Of a DNA stretch of 64,000 nt, positions 11,901 through 25,258 are shown piece by piece. Position 1 is the first letter of the stretch; each line of letters begins with the position of its first letter. The stretch is taken from NCBI RefSeq assembly GCF_006345805.1, contig NC_043001.1, positions 113,150,001 to 113,214,000 of the forward strand. The letters are read 5' to 3'. Source of the DNA: Octopus sinensis. Lineage: Eukaryota. The position numbers and the translations under genes were made by a program. The notes below the pieces were generated by a model. That model was not told where the DNA came from and made no database searches. It saw only the letters and a list, made by a program, of their open reading frames with translations.

Positions 11901-13067
11901 TCTAAGACGGTGATTCAGTTGACTAGGAACACTGTACGCGATGAATATCCAATACCAAACTATCTTGATCTACATATTTAAACTGCATTAAACTTTGCCA
12001 AGCTTAACTTTACCTATTCTGAGTTACTTGAAAAGTGATGTTTCCTTCCCTGCCTTCTATTTGTTGATAACTTTGTTTATCTTTGATACTATTGTTTCAA
12101 TTTAAGGATGCTTATTTACCCATCCATTATGATATTTCGACTGTTGTCCATTGTTTCAAATACGTTTTGGCATTGTCGTTCTAGCACTTTTTAAACAATT
12201 ACATATGATTCGTCCCAAAGAATCAACCTTTAAATAAGAGTTTTGATTCCACTAGCGAAAGTTATACGTATCTCTCAGAAAACTCCAAACCAATTTAACT
12301 TTATGCGGCATTCGCTGTTTGTTTATGCGCAGGTTATGTGGGAAGACAGAATAAAGGGGCTTTTGTTAGCTTATCTCTCCGAAAAATAGCTCCCTTTGCT
12401 GTTGAATAAAATAAACTCACTGAAGGGAAGTTCCAACGTCTTCCTTCAATTTCCTTACACCATTTCTGTGGCTGTTTCTGACAAGAAATTCCGCCTTCAT
12501 GTAAAACAGCTATATTTTGTAATCATTATCCGTAATCTACTCTCAAAACACTTCAGTAGCTCTACTTTGCATCACTTGCAAACTTATATGTTCTATGATC
12601 ATTCAAGTGCAACGACCTCCACAATAATCAGCCTTCAATTTGATTTTCCATTCCCAGGTTAATCGGAGGTAGACTGCCGCGCTACTCATAAACCTTCTAG
12701 GTGGTTCAATTATTTGGAGAAAAAATATCACCAAAGCAACATAAACAGTCCAAAGGACGGGTGCGTTTGCTAGTAATAACATTGCCTACAGTTTATGTAA
12801 CATTTGGCGTCATAAGGTGGATGCATTATTGCACCATAAGTCGAACACATTAATTCAAAACCAAATGAATGGATCATATAGTTTATGACGTCAGTACCAC
12901 ACTTGGTATAATTGCGATGCATCAAGAGACGGATATAATTTGAACATTTGTCCGTCATTCATTTTTAGACACCAATGGCTCCGGTTGTCCAGCAAATAAA
13001 GACAAGCATACTCGTCTGCCTATTTGTCTCTCAAGGTAGACATCCGTTCTATCTCCACTTCTAACGC

Positions 13068-13835
13068 ATGCATACATACCAGCATACATACGTTCATACA
13101 TACATACACACGTACACATAGTTCATAATACATAAATATATACATACATGCATACATACATACACATACATACATGGCTACATACATGCATACATACATG
13201 CATACATACAAGCATACATCCATGAATGCATACGTATATACATACAAGCATACAAACATACATGCATGGATACATACATAAATACAAGCATACATACATA
13301 CATACATACATACATACATACATACATACATACATACATTCATACATACATACATACATACGTACATACATACATACATACGTACATACATACATACATA
13401 TATACATACACACGTACATACATACATACATATATACATACATACATACATACGTACATACATACATACATATATACATACACACGTACATACATACATA
13501 CATACATACATACATACATACATACATACATACATTCATACATACATACATATATACATACACACGTACATACATGCATACATACATACATACATACATA
13601 CATACATACATACATACATACATACATACATAAATACTGACTCCAATATTGCACATATACAGACATACATGCAAAAATATCCTGTTGATGTTGAAATTCC
13701 AATCAAGGAGCTGGGATCTACTTTGGAAACCGGCACTTTCTCTATTCGTATGAAATCTTGAAATAAAACTGAATAACATACATACATACATACATACATA
13801 CATACATACATACATACATACATACATACATACTT
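13068..13835 (+). repeat. Long (CATA)n microsatellite with higher-order sub-repeats
   Basis: Direct reading; unit CATACATACATATATACATACACACGTA recurs. Confidence 0.95.
13672..13776 (+). mobile_element. ~105-bp retroelement 3'-end-like repeat embedded in (CATA)n
   Basis: CAAAAATATCCTGTTGATGTTGAAATTCCAAT...CTTGAAATAAAACTGAATAA; homologous to 44921-45025. Confidence 0.7.
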
Positions 13836-13881
13836 GCGCACATTATACAAATATACAAGTGTATTTTTATATATGTATATA

Positions 13882-14858
13882 CAGGGTGCGGTGAATAAAC
13901 TGTTGTCTAAATTACGTAAAAACGAAAATAACACTGACATCTCATTTTAATAGATATATTTACCAACATTACATAAAAATATCTCGAAATATTAAACAGT
14001 ATATTCATTCAATAAAATCGCTATTGGCTTCAACCATGGCCTCCAGACGATCTCGGAATCTTCTGCATCTCTTCTGGGTGGTCTCCTTGTTTAAGTTGGT
14101 GAATGCTGCCATAATCCTTGCCTTCAGTTTATCTTTGGTGTTATAAGGAATTTTCTTGGTCTCTCGCTCAACTGCGCCGCACACGTAATGATCATGGGGG
14201 TTGCAGTGTGGAGAGCCTGGTGTCCAGATGTTAGGTGTGATGTGGTTGCAGAAATTGTCTGACAGCCATGACTGGGTTCTCTTATTTGTGTGGGATGGTG
14301 CAGAGTCCAGTTGCCAGGCATAAAGTCTTCCAGCAACCATCCTCTTAACCCAGGGCAGCGCTACCTCCTCCAGGCACTTGATGTAAGCCTCCGTGTTAAG
14401 TTTGAGGCCTTGTGGGAAGATGAATTGAGGCATAACGTCACCATCACTAGTGATCACTGCAAACACCATGATGCTGACTGGATGTTTTATTTTTATCACT
14501 CTCTGTACATGTCCCCAGATTGCACTGTTCTCAGATTGACACCCAAACTCTTTGAAATGTTCGTATTGGAGCTTCCGGCGCGAATGCCAAGCAGTACAGT
14601 ATGTCGTTTCCTAACTCTTGGCAGAATGAATTGCGTCATAGAGCTGTTTTTCTCACAGACGATGCCCAACTGAACCTACTATACTGTGTAGTCGACAAAA
14701 TAAAAAAACAAACAATGCGCATGCGCGAAATTAAAAATATAAAATGGCGACAATTTACCCATATATTATATGTATCATATAAGAGGGACAGCACACATTC
14801 CACATTTTCGTATTTTTCACTGAACAAATTAAAAATTTCTAATTTTTAATTCACCTGA
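13882..14858 (-). mobile_element. maT/Bmmar1-like DD37D transposon, internally deleted
   Basis: ORF 14005-14499: KHPVSIMVFAVITSDG...QLD-37 aa-D...FIE*; N-terminal HTH MTQFILPRVRKRHTVLLGIRAGSS...VNLRTVQ from ATG 14639 fused at ~14520; TA-CAGGGTG end at 13880-13888; other end degenerate. Confidence 0.88.
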
Positions 14859-15134
14859 AGTAAGCTGTTTTTATTTCTTCATGATGTAATCGGTTTGCTC
14901 AAATAAAAATGCGTCCGAAACAGCTGTCGTGAACCTTAACCCATTTGTCGCCTTTCATTCTTTCTTTCTTTCTTTTTTTCTTTCTTTCTTTCTTTCTTTC
15001 TTCTTTCTTTCTTTCTTTCTTTATGTAATATAATATGATATATATGTAATTAAGATACAGTCAAATTAGATATTTAAATTAAGGCACCAAGCCAGTCCGG
15101 TATAGTTCACGCAGCTCAAAGTTAGGTGAACCAA

Positions 15135-15337
15135 ATGCAAATAAGTAACAAGGATGTCCAGGTATCACTGCATTACGGCCGTTTCAAGCGGGTCCATTGG
15201 AAATGTATATGACCATCTGCACTGAGGAGAGCGGTTTCCTTCAAATTGATGTTATGTTTTCATTGATCGATTAAATGGAGCCGCTTGAAACGGCCGTACT
15301 GCATTGATACCTGGACATCCTTGTTACTTATTTGCAT
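15135..15337. mobile_element. Long-TIR MITE (family E), short form
   Basis: 57-bp TIR ATGCAAATAAGTAACAAGGATGTCCAGGTATC...CGGCCGTTTCAAGCGG with 2 mismatches. Confidence 0.88.
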
Positions 15338-15399
15338 ATAAGTATATATATGTATGTGTGTGGGTTGTTTGTGTGTGTGTGTTGTGTATGTATGTATAT

Positions 15400-15436
<37 letters not shown>

Positions 15437-15838
15437 CTTATACATACATTCATACACACACATATATATTACCTTAAGGTAATATATTAGAACTTCATTC
15501 TTTCCGTTTATTTTACATTCAACCCCGTCTAATTTCTAATCATTTGTAGAGTAGTCTCTCTGAACAAATGCATCGATTACATGGAATAATTGTAATTGTA
15601 GATATGCATATATTTACTCGCATATATGTACACGCAGACACGCCCACACACACTTTTTATACAATATTTACATATGTTTGCATGTAAGCATATACATAGT
15701 TCAAGTACACCTCTCTCTCTCTCATATATATACATACATACATACACACACACGCACACACACACACACACGCACGCACACACACACACACACATATATA
15801 TGTGTGTGTGTGTATATATATATACATATATATATGTA

Positions 15839-15916
<78 letters not shown>

Positions 15917-15918
15917 AA

Positions 15919-15956
<38 letters not shown>

Positions 15957-15987
15957 CATATATATATATAAATATATATATATATAC

Positions 15988-16037
<50 letters not shown>

Positions 16038-16929
16038 TATATATTCTAGCAAAAACTGTCTGATGAACGGCAACGAGAAACTCAGAGTGTATATATATAT
16101 ATACATATATATATATACATACATATATATATATATATACACACATATATATTTGAATAGGGAGGCTTATATATTTATGCACCGTTTCACCGGTCTGTGA
16201 GTATATGCTTGAGCATAGGCATCTCCATTAGATTAGTAAAAGTTTTTGGCTGAAGGCGACACCATTCATAATTGGCATCCATAATTGGCGTCATCGCAAG
16301 TTGACTGATGAATCTGGTTTATTGAAGCCGAGAGATAGGATGATGTTTATAGGAGTGGGAGTGAGAGGACGTAGTAAAATGAGTGAGGGGGGTGTTGTGC
16401 TGGAATGACAGAGTAACAGAGAAATAGATATAGATCAATGAGGGTGTAAGGAAAAGAGACATTTAGCGAAATGGAGGAAGAGAGAGAGAGAGAGAGAAGA
16501 GGGGAAGACAGATCGATAGATAGATAGAGAGAGAGAGAGAAAGAAAGAGAGGAGAGGGGGTGACAGATAGATAGATAAATAGCTAGCTAGATAGATAGAT
16601 AGATAGATAGATAGACAGAGAGAGAGAGAGAGAGATAGTGACAGAAAGAAAGAGAGTGGGAGAAAGAAAAAGACAAAGGCAGAGAGAGGTGGAGAGAGAG
16701 AGAAAGAGAGACAGAGAGAGAAAAAGAGAGCGACAAAGACAGACAAAGACAGAGAGAGGTGGAGAGAAATAAAGGGAACGGATGAATAAAATTTTGTGAG
16801 CAAATGAGTTAGTAAGCAAAGAATTAAAAAAAAACCCGAGGATGTGAAAAACAGAGAAAAAAGCCATGAAGGAAATAATTTATGCTTCTATATTTGCATG
16901 TGTATGTAATTTAGTGTTAATTTTGACCA

Positions 16930-17060
16930 GCCTCCTAATTGGTAGCATGGTTTTGAAGAAATGCATCTTGTTTTGTTGATGAACCTTTAAATCTTGAAAA
17001 AGTCTTGCAGATTTTTATTGTCCCATATATCGCGAAAGCGATTGCATAGTGGCACTTAAA
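16930..17060 (-). mobile_element. Short 3' end of an RLE-type LINE
   Basis: YGTIKICKTFSRFK and 3' UTR similar to the 52317-52740 element. Confidence 0.5.
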
Positions 17061-17238
17061 TGACAGCTCGAGAGGAAAAGAGCAGCCTGCCGCCCTAAAA
17101 ACACATGACGAAGGACCATTGATGAGGAAAGGAAACGAAAATGGTGGAGAAGCTGGAATGAGATCAGAACAGTGGTTGGACAGATTGTGTTGCGGCTTGA
17201 TGTGCGCCGTGGCACAAGGAGAGCAAACAAACAAACAT

Positions 17239-17635
17239 AGGCGTAGGAGTGGCTGTGTGGTAAGAAGTGCGCTTCCCAACTACATGGCTCCGGGTTCAGC
17301 CCCACTGCATGGCACCTTGGGAAATTGCCTTCTACAATACTCCCAGGCCGATCAAAGCCTTGTGAGTGGATTTGGTAGACGGAAACTGAAAGAAGCCCGT
17401 CGTATACATACATATGTGTGTGTGTGTGTATTTGTGTGTTTGTTTGTCTCCCCACCATTGCTTGACAACCGATGTTCGTGTGTTTACGTCCCCGTAACTT
17501 AGCGGTTCAGCAAAAAGGACCGATAGAATAAGTACTAGGCTTAGAAAGAATAAGTCCTGGGTTAGATTTGTTCGACCAAAGGCGGTGCTCCTGCATGACC
17601 GTCGTCAAATGACTGAAACAAGTAAAAGAGTAAAA
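17239..17635 (+). mobile_element. SINE family A, full length
   Basis: Head, internal (TG)n, 3' half ending CAAATGACTGAAACAAGTAAAAGAG. Confidence 0.92.
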
Positions 17636-18089
17636 CAAAGAAACTAACTAATTAGCAAGCTAATTAGCTTACTAATTAGCTTACTAACTAATTAACGAAC
17701 GAACGAACGAACTAGACATCGGGATCATTTGTGACGTTTGATTTTTCTGTTGAACCGCTAGGTTATAGAGACCTCAACAAACCGATACTAGCTGTGAAAT
17801 GGTGAGCGGTGAACAGAAAAAACTTGCACACATGTACGCATCTCTCTCTCACATACATACATACATACATACATACATACACACACATACACGATTGCAG
17901 CGTAGAATGTGTTTATAAGTCATTTAAAAACACACAAAACCCGTTAGATTCACTTCAACATTTAAATTTAATTTGCCAAAATATTTTCGCCGCTTTGAGA
18001 CCGCGACCTGATCACTGACAACATTCCGCGTTTTTGTTTCAGCACACGATCTCAGATCAGGTCAATTGCTATGCAAGTACATCTCCATA

Positions 18090-18126
<37 letters not shown>

Positions 18127-18973
18127 TGTATACATACAGACACACATACACATACATATATATCATGTATATAATGAACCTACCTACATACATACGCACT
18201 TTACACACACATGCATATACATACATACACACATATACACACCTACATACACATACCCACATACATATTGTGGGTCATGTAATATGATAGTATTGTGAAG
18301 TAACAGGAGCATTTAAGTAGCAGGATAATTTGATAAAATATAAAGCTTCCAAGTATCGACAGTTATAAGAAATATATTTCTTTACATGTAAAAATGAAAT
18401 ATGATCATATCAGATCAAAGAACATTGATTTTTATTGAGGGACAAGGCCACGTATTTGAAAAGGGAGCTCTTTAATTAGCGAATGTTTATTTTATCCAAC
18501 CCGGAAGAACGAAAAGTAACCTTAATCCCTATGGGATCTGAACTCAGAAGGTAAAAGAAGCACGTGATTAATACCGTAATTTTTAAAATCCGGTATTCTG
18601 TTTCTGCCTCTCCCCGCTCCCTTCTGTATAAACAAAATATATTGAAATAAAACGTGGTCGGGGGATGGCGGGGGGGGGGCATAAAACTAACATTGATTTG
18701 AATTATGGCAAAATTGAAACAAATGTTGATTGTACGTTGCATCAATGTCCCAACCGAACACCAACCATATCAAATTTAATGTGAATATTAACTGCATTAA
18801 CTTCTCTAAAACTATTTCAGTTTATGGGTGTTCGCTGGATCTACATGCCATGGAAGGAACCTCTCTCTCTATAGTTTCTTTCTTCTGCGCAAGTGGCTCG
18901 TAGTAGACTTGGTGCTGAAAACTTGTGGCTAGGGGAAGGACGTATATATATTTTCGCTCATTTTCACGACGCT

Positions 18974-19205
18974 AGGTGCAGGGGTAGCTGCGTAGGAAAA
19001 AAACTTGTTTCCAAACCACATGGTTCCGGGTTCAGTCCCACTGCGTTGCACCTTGGGCCAGTATCTTTTACTATAGCCTCGGACCGACCAAAGCCTTGTC
19101 CGTGGACTTGATAGACGGAAACTGAAAGAAGCCTGTCGTACACACATACACACACACTCACGCACGCACGCATGCTCGCACGCACGCATGCTCGCACGCA
19201 CGCAC

Positions 19206-19241
<36 letters not shown>

Positions 19242-19520
19242 GGTGTCCCCCAAAAATGTATACACATAGTGGTTCGGAAAAATAGTACGATAGAATAAGT
19301 ACTAGGCTTACAAAGAATAACAAATTTACAATTATTTAAGGTGTGTATACATTTTTTTGGGACACCCTGTATATGTTGACAACCGCTCGACAACCGATGT
19401 TGGTGTGTTTACATCCCTGTAACTAAGCGGTTCGGTAAAAAATAAAGTCCTTCAGGGTGGTGCCCCAGCATGACTGCAGTCCAATGAAAACGAATGAAAG
19501 ATAGAAGATAAGAGATAGAA
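18974..19520 (+). mobile_element. SINE family A containing a MITE
   Basis: Head at 18974; internal microsatellite carries the 19239-19369 MITE; 3' half partly deleted. Confidence 0.88.
19239..19369. mobile_element. 131-bp Tc1/mariner-type MITE, 28-bp TIRs, TA TSD
   Basis: CAGGGTGTCCCCCAAAAATGTATACACA / TGTGTATACATTTTTTTGGGACACCCTG (26/28 match); TA at 19237-38 and 19370-71. Confidence 0.88.
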
Positions 19521-19779
19521 GATAAACGATAATCTGTTTCGGTTCAAAACTGGGAAAACTGTCGAGCAAAGTAAAGATATGCAGTTAAATGTCATTCGGT
19601 GGCAATATATGGCTAATATTAACGAAATCTTTCTCAAAATTGCGACTTCTAAACATACGGACATGTGTTTAGAATGCCTCTGGAAAGCATTAACATACAT
19701 CACAACTGTTAGTTTCATCTCTTCTTCAGTTCTTCAGTTGATGATATTAATTCTCATTCAGTCTATGATTTTCGAGATA

Positions 19780-20151
19780 TCTTTATATATAAAAGTGAAG
19801 TTGTGTGAGTGTCTGTCTACTCCGATTTAGATTCCTAACTACTCCCACATTTTGCGGTGCAGTTTAACCAAAACCGGGTATCTTATAGTCGTGATTCATA
19901 TCAAGCCCTTCTGGGTATTAGCGCGCGTCTACGATGAGTCTACGATTTTAAAAATAATTTACCATCATTTGTTTCCATTTTAATGCATATTTTTTTTAAT
20001 ATAAGGGAAGTAACTCTCTAAAAATGTCTACGATGAGTCAACGATTTCCATTTTTGATGCATTGTTTTGCTATTTTTTGGCTATAACTCTCTAAAAATGC
20101 TTTATAGTTATTTCCCTTACAAACCCGAGCAACGCCGGGCGATACTGCTAG
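19780..20151 (+). mobile_element. Non-autonomous Helitron, complete
   Basis: A|TC start at 19780; subterminal hairpin CCCGAGCAACGCCGGG (20124-20139); CTAG|T end at 20148-20152; no TSD. Confidence 0.9.
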
Positions 20152-20827
20152 TTAATGGATAAAGTTTCTTTCAAATAATTCTAGAAGTGTTTGTATTCAC
20201 ATTTGTGTCTGTGTGCGCGCGCATGCGTGAGTGTTCGCGTAATTTAAACGCCTGAAATTATATTAGAAACACGTGAAAGAATAAAGAGTGTGTGTATATA
20301 AACTTTATTTCAGTTACACACACACACATGCGCGCGCACACACACGCACACATACATATAAACGCATCATCAATAATTCAATAATTATTTGATATAAATT
20401 TTTTTTCTCTCTTATTACCCCCGACTGTCATAGAACGAAGGTGAATATCATGACCCGATGACTCAAGAAGAAGACGAAACTAACAGCTGTAGCATAGTCG
20501 ATGGTCAAACTAGCATGTCTGCCTGACTGTATGTGTATATGTGAGTGTACACAAGGAATGAGAGAGAGAGAGGGAGGAAGAGGGGAAGTAGTCTGCAAAC
20601 GTGCTTATCGTTGTAGGTGCGGAATACATGGACGTCTATGTTGGTTAACTTCAGAAGACAGAATATTTGAGTTTCAGGAATGACGTCAACTTAGATCTTG
20701 CTTACTGAGCACCAGTCAACTTTGGAGTGGAACCTAATGGCATCCTCTGCTATTTGATATGGCTAACTGTGCAGACGATTTATGGTAAAGGAAAGGAGAT
20801 GGATGTGGAGGATATATATGTGTGTGT

Positions 20828-21010
20828 GTGGAAGCGCAATGGCCCAGTGGTTAGGGCAGCGGACTTGCGGTCGTAGGATCGCGGTTTCGCTTCTCAGACC
20901 GGGCGTTGTGAGTGTTTATTGAGCGAAAACACCTAAAGGTCCACGAGGCTCCGGCAGGGGGTGGTAGCGGTCCCTGCTGTACTCTTTCACCACAACTTTC
21001 TCTCTCTTTC
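20828..21010 (+). mobile_element. SINE family C, 5' portion
   Basis: GTGGAAGCGCAATGGCCCAGTGGTTAGGGCAGCGG...CTGTACTCTTTCACCACAAC. Confidence 0.85.
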
Positions 21011-21247
21011 TTCTGTTGGCGTCATTTGAAGGCTAAAACAATGCAAAAGCGCATTGTGACCAGCGATGTGTAGCAACATCTATCTATATATATATATCAC
21101 AGCAGGAGTGGCTGTGTGGTAAGTAGGCGTCTCTAACTAACAATCCAAATGCGAAAGCCCAGCAGATTTCAACGTGTACATGTGTATTTCTATATGTATG
21201 TTCGAGAACGTACACTTACACACATATATACAGACACAACTATACCT

Positions 21248-21305
<58 letters not shown>

Positions 21306-21756
21306 TCATGTGCAATTCGTATACACACAGAGTTTCGGAGCTAAATTTCTCAGCTAAATATCTCACTGTTCTGTAAGTCTTGTAATTTTTCTGTCTCCTT
21401 TACCATTTGATCAGCAGAAACCGATTCTGAAATTTGAAAATTGAAATTTCGGTGATGTCTTCACAAATGGCTTCCTTTTACTACAAAAGTGTCAGCCATA
21501 CATACCAACATCACTCCATCCACATCCTGAAAATGGGGCAGAGAAAATCTAGAAACGTTGATGCTGTATTTAGGTATTTTCTTGCTCGTATGAATCACTA
21601 AGAACACATGCAAAAATGTGAACAAAAAAAAAAAAATGAAAATAAAAACCCAAACAAGCGATCAAAAAAAAAACTGATAAAAGCAGAACTTAAATGTGAT
21701 TTCAATACTGCATGTTTAAAAGAAAAATTATTCTTCGTAGGTATGAGTAAGAAAGG

Positions 21757-21980
21757 TGAGCTGGCAGAAACGTTAGCACGCCGGGCGAAATGCGTAGCCG
21801 TATTTCGTCTGTCGTTACGTTGTGAGTTCAAATTCCGCCGAGGTCGACTTTGCCTTTCATCCTTTCGGGGTCGATAAATTAAGTACCAGTTACGCACTGG
21901 GGTCGATGTAATCGACTTAATACCTATGTCTGTCCTTGTTTGTCCCCTCTGTGTTTAGCCCCTTGTGGGTAATAAAGAAA
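21757..21980 (+). mobile_element. SINE family B, full length
   Basis: TSD TAGGTATGAGTA(A)GAAAGG at 21738-21756 and 21981-21998; B box GAGTTCAAATTCC. Confidence 0.92.
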
Positions 21981-22425
21981 TAGGTATGAGTAGAAAGGAT
22001 ATCCAGCCAAAGAAACGATAGCAAGAGCTATCATGGGAGCACAAGGCAGCCCAGTGGCTCGCCAGATTGTGTTAAACTGTCCAATCCATATTAACATAGA
22101 GAACGGACGTTAAATGATGATGAATGAATACACACACCTGCGCGCGCATACACGCAGACGTACACGCATATACGTGGAAGCACATACATACATATGCACA
22201 CGTATATTTGTGTATTGCGTATGATGGATGTATAAAAATTGCATGCAGGTGTAGCGTGTTTAGGTATGCGTACATATGTTTGATTGAGTGAGAAACTGAG
22301 AGTTTGCCGATTTTGATATATCTGTGTTGTATGTGTATAGTTTCGCGCGTCTGTGAGCCTGTATACACACATACACACCACACACACACACATAATATAT
22401 ATAAATATATATATACATATATATA

Positions 22426-22465
<40 letters not shown>

Positions 22466-22564
22466 TGTGTGTGTGTGTGTGTTGTGTGTGTGTGTGTGGT
22501 GTGTGTGTAACTAGCTATACGTACAAGTGCATATATGCATGCATGCATGCATAGATGCAGGCAG

Positions 22565-22648
22565 TCTGATAGATAGATAGATCGATGGATGGATAGATAA
22601 ATAAATATATAACTAGATAGATAGATAATAGATTGATAGATAGGTAGG

Positions 22649-22679
<31 letters not shown>

Positions 22680-22748
22680 GTTGATAGATAGGTAGGTAGA
22701 TAGATAGATAGATAGATAGATAGGTAGGTAGATAGATAGGTAGGTAGG

Positions 22749-22818
<70 letters not shown>

Positions 22819-22822
22819 CAAG

Positions 22823-22861
<39 letters not shown>

Positions 22862-22950
22862 GTAGATAGATAGATAGATAGGTAGACTGGCAAATAGACA
22901 GATAAAGAGATAGATACATATACAGACAAGACGGACAGACAGATAGACAG
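22565..22950 (+). repeat. (GATA)n/(GGTA)n microsatellite
   Basis: Direct reading. Confidence 0.95.
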
Positions 22951-24199
22951 TGAAGGAGAGACAGATACATGTATACGTCTAGTTGTATGCAAGATATTTT
23001 GCACAATTGACACGCAGTTGTGCAGCAGAATGATTTAGCAACGAAGTGTCTGGGAAAAGGAGTCACACAAGATGATTGCAGCCTGGAGTAAGATGGCGGC
23101 GGAATTTCAGCGGAGAAGGGTGGTAGGCGGAGGTAGGTGGTAGTGTAGTGAATGTTGTTGGATGGCGGCGGCGGCGGTTGGTGATGAGTAGCGGAAGAGA
23201 AAATTTGGACATTGTTGAAAGATGTTGGCGGTCGATAGTGGAAAGGCATGCCATAGCGCATTCCCTAGCATATTCTGAAGTTTAATACACGTAAACCGTG
23301 GAGTAATGAAGCATGAGGCCGTATTTGAACCGTTGCAACAAGTATGAAGCCATATAGCACAGTAAATTAAGCAGGCAATGTAGACTACACAGGTTCTCGC
23401 TGAGATTAGGTCAGGCGTGTCAAAATCATAAACATGACAACCATTGCAAACACACACGCACACATACACACGCACGCGTATATATATATATATGTATATA
23501 TATATATGTACATATATATATATACATGCATTTTATATATATATATATATATATATGTACATATATATATATATACATATATATATATAAAATGCATGTG
23601 TATATATATATATATATAAAACAAACCAAACATGCACGCATATACACACAAATATATACACAAACACAGATACACATGTGAACACACGCACACAAAGTTT
23701 TGTGTATCTAAGTATGTATATATGTATGTGTATGTATGTATGTATGTATGTATGTATGTATGCATGTATGTATGTATGTAGTGTATGTGAGTGTATGTGT
23801 GTATGTATGTGTATGTATGTATGTGTATGTATGTATGTGTGTGTATGTGTGTGTGTATGTGTATAGGCAATTACACGCATTTATACACAAGCACTCTACA
23901 CGCACTACACGCACTCATATAGGTATGACTCTTTTTGTCAGTGAAGGTATAAATGAGGGAGCACTGTGATGTTCATGCCTTTCCCATTAATGGCATAAAT
24001 GATACGAAGCATTTCTACGTCGACGTGATTGTTATTTTATCCCAGGTGAAGTCTAAACGCACATACTCGCGTACAAGACACTCCTGCCACGACCATCCCG
24101 ATATTTTCGCACATCGTGTGCCTCGGACAACACCATGTAATATGACCCTTCTTTTAAGAGAGTAGGATGGACACTGTTGCCTATCCTGCATCGCTCATT

Positions 24200-24320
24200 G
24201 GTGAATACCCTGGTACTCATTCTACTGGTCTCCCTTGCTAAACTGCTAGGTCACAGGGATGTAAACAAACCAACACCAGTTGTCAAATGGCAGAAGGGGC
24301 AGACACAGACACAAAGATGT
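24200..24320 (-). mobile_element. SINE family A 3' fragment
   Basis: GGTACTCATTCTACTGGTCTC...AACACCAGTTGTCAA. Confidence 0.65.
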
Positions 24321-24328
24321 TCACACAC

Positions 24329-24565
24329 GTCATCATCATCATTGTTCGACCGTGGTCGAGACAATGGAATTTACCATGCTACGTCAGACTTCACAGTCCA
24401 TCATGGCATTACGGAGGTCCTGTTGCTGGATGCCTGTATCCCTGGAGATTACATCAGGGTAGGAGAGTGTGCGCCCTCTGGTATTGCGAGTAGATGGCTT
24501 CCAGAGGAGAAGAGTAGAAATTACTTCTTTTTCAGCTCTACAACAATGTCCAGCAAACTGGACTC
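24329..24565 (-). mobile_element. RTE-clade LINE 3' end with (TGA)n tail
   Basis: FAGHCCRAEKEVISTLLLWKPSTRNTRGRTLSYPDVISRDTG...DLRNAMMD...; tail reads CATCATCATCAT on +. Confidence 0.8.
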
Positions 24566-24712
24566 TCCTACCTTTCACACACACACACACACACACACAA
24601 TGGGCTTCTTTCAGTTTCCATTAACCAAATCCACTCACCGATCGCTGAAACATCGAGAAACTTATTCTATCCTTTCAAACTCATGTCTAGATAAATAATC
24701 GTTTCTACTGTA

Positions 24713-25220
24713 CACACAAAGCCTGAAATCGATTAGCAGCCTTCTAATCGATTACATCGATCCCAATGTACAACTGGTACTTATTTTATCAACCCCGTAA
24801 AGATGAAAGGCAAAGTCGACCTCGGCGGAATTTGAAATCAGGATGTCAAGACAGATGAAATTCCGCTAAGCATCTTGCCCGGTGTGCTAACGACTCTGCA
24901 TGCTCACAATTTAAGTGTCTGAATAAATATTGCTTTTAAATTCTGGCACAAGGCCGGCAATTTTCCAGAAGAGGGTAAGTCGATTACAGCAACCCCAATG
25001 CTCTACCGGCACTTAATTTATCGACCCGAAAGGATGGAAAGCGAAGTCGACCTCGGCGGAATTTGAACTCAGAACACGAAGACGGACGAAATGCGTGCTA
25101 ACGATCCTGTCAGCTCACTGCTTTAACAAGAAGAAGAAGAAGAAGAAGAAGAAGAAGAAGAAGAAGAAGAAGAAGAAGAAGAAGAAGAAGAAGAAGAAGA
25201 AGAAGAAGAAGAAGAAGAAG

Positions 25221-25258
<38 letters not shown>

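Noticed and set aside
12396-12662. Possible Tc1 HTH relic on the minus strand (AVLHEGGISC...)
   Set aside because: Needs several frameshifts and has no TIR or catalytic region; unsupported.
14870-14930. Hammerhead-like GAAACAGCTGTC (also ~20480 and ~50316)
   Set aside because: Palindromic stem III and GUC are present, but no intact CUGANGA upstream; too decayed to call.
22072-23013. 313-aa ORF and the many other YI/HT/CV/MYVC/YLSI-rich ORFs
   Set aside because: Translations of (TA)n, (CA)n, (CATA)n and (GATA)n microsatellites; no coding signal.
24177-24698. 173-aa ORF with an apparent signal peptide
   Set aside because: Made of a reversed family A SINE fragment plus the antisense of an RTE LINE end.
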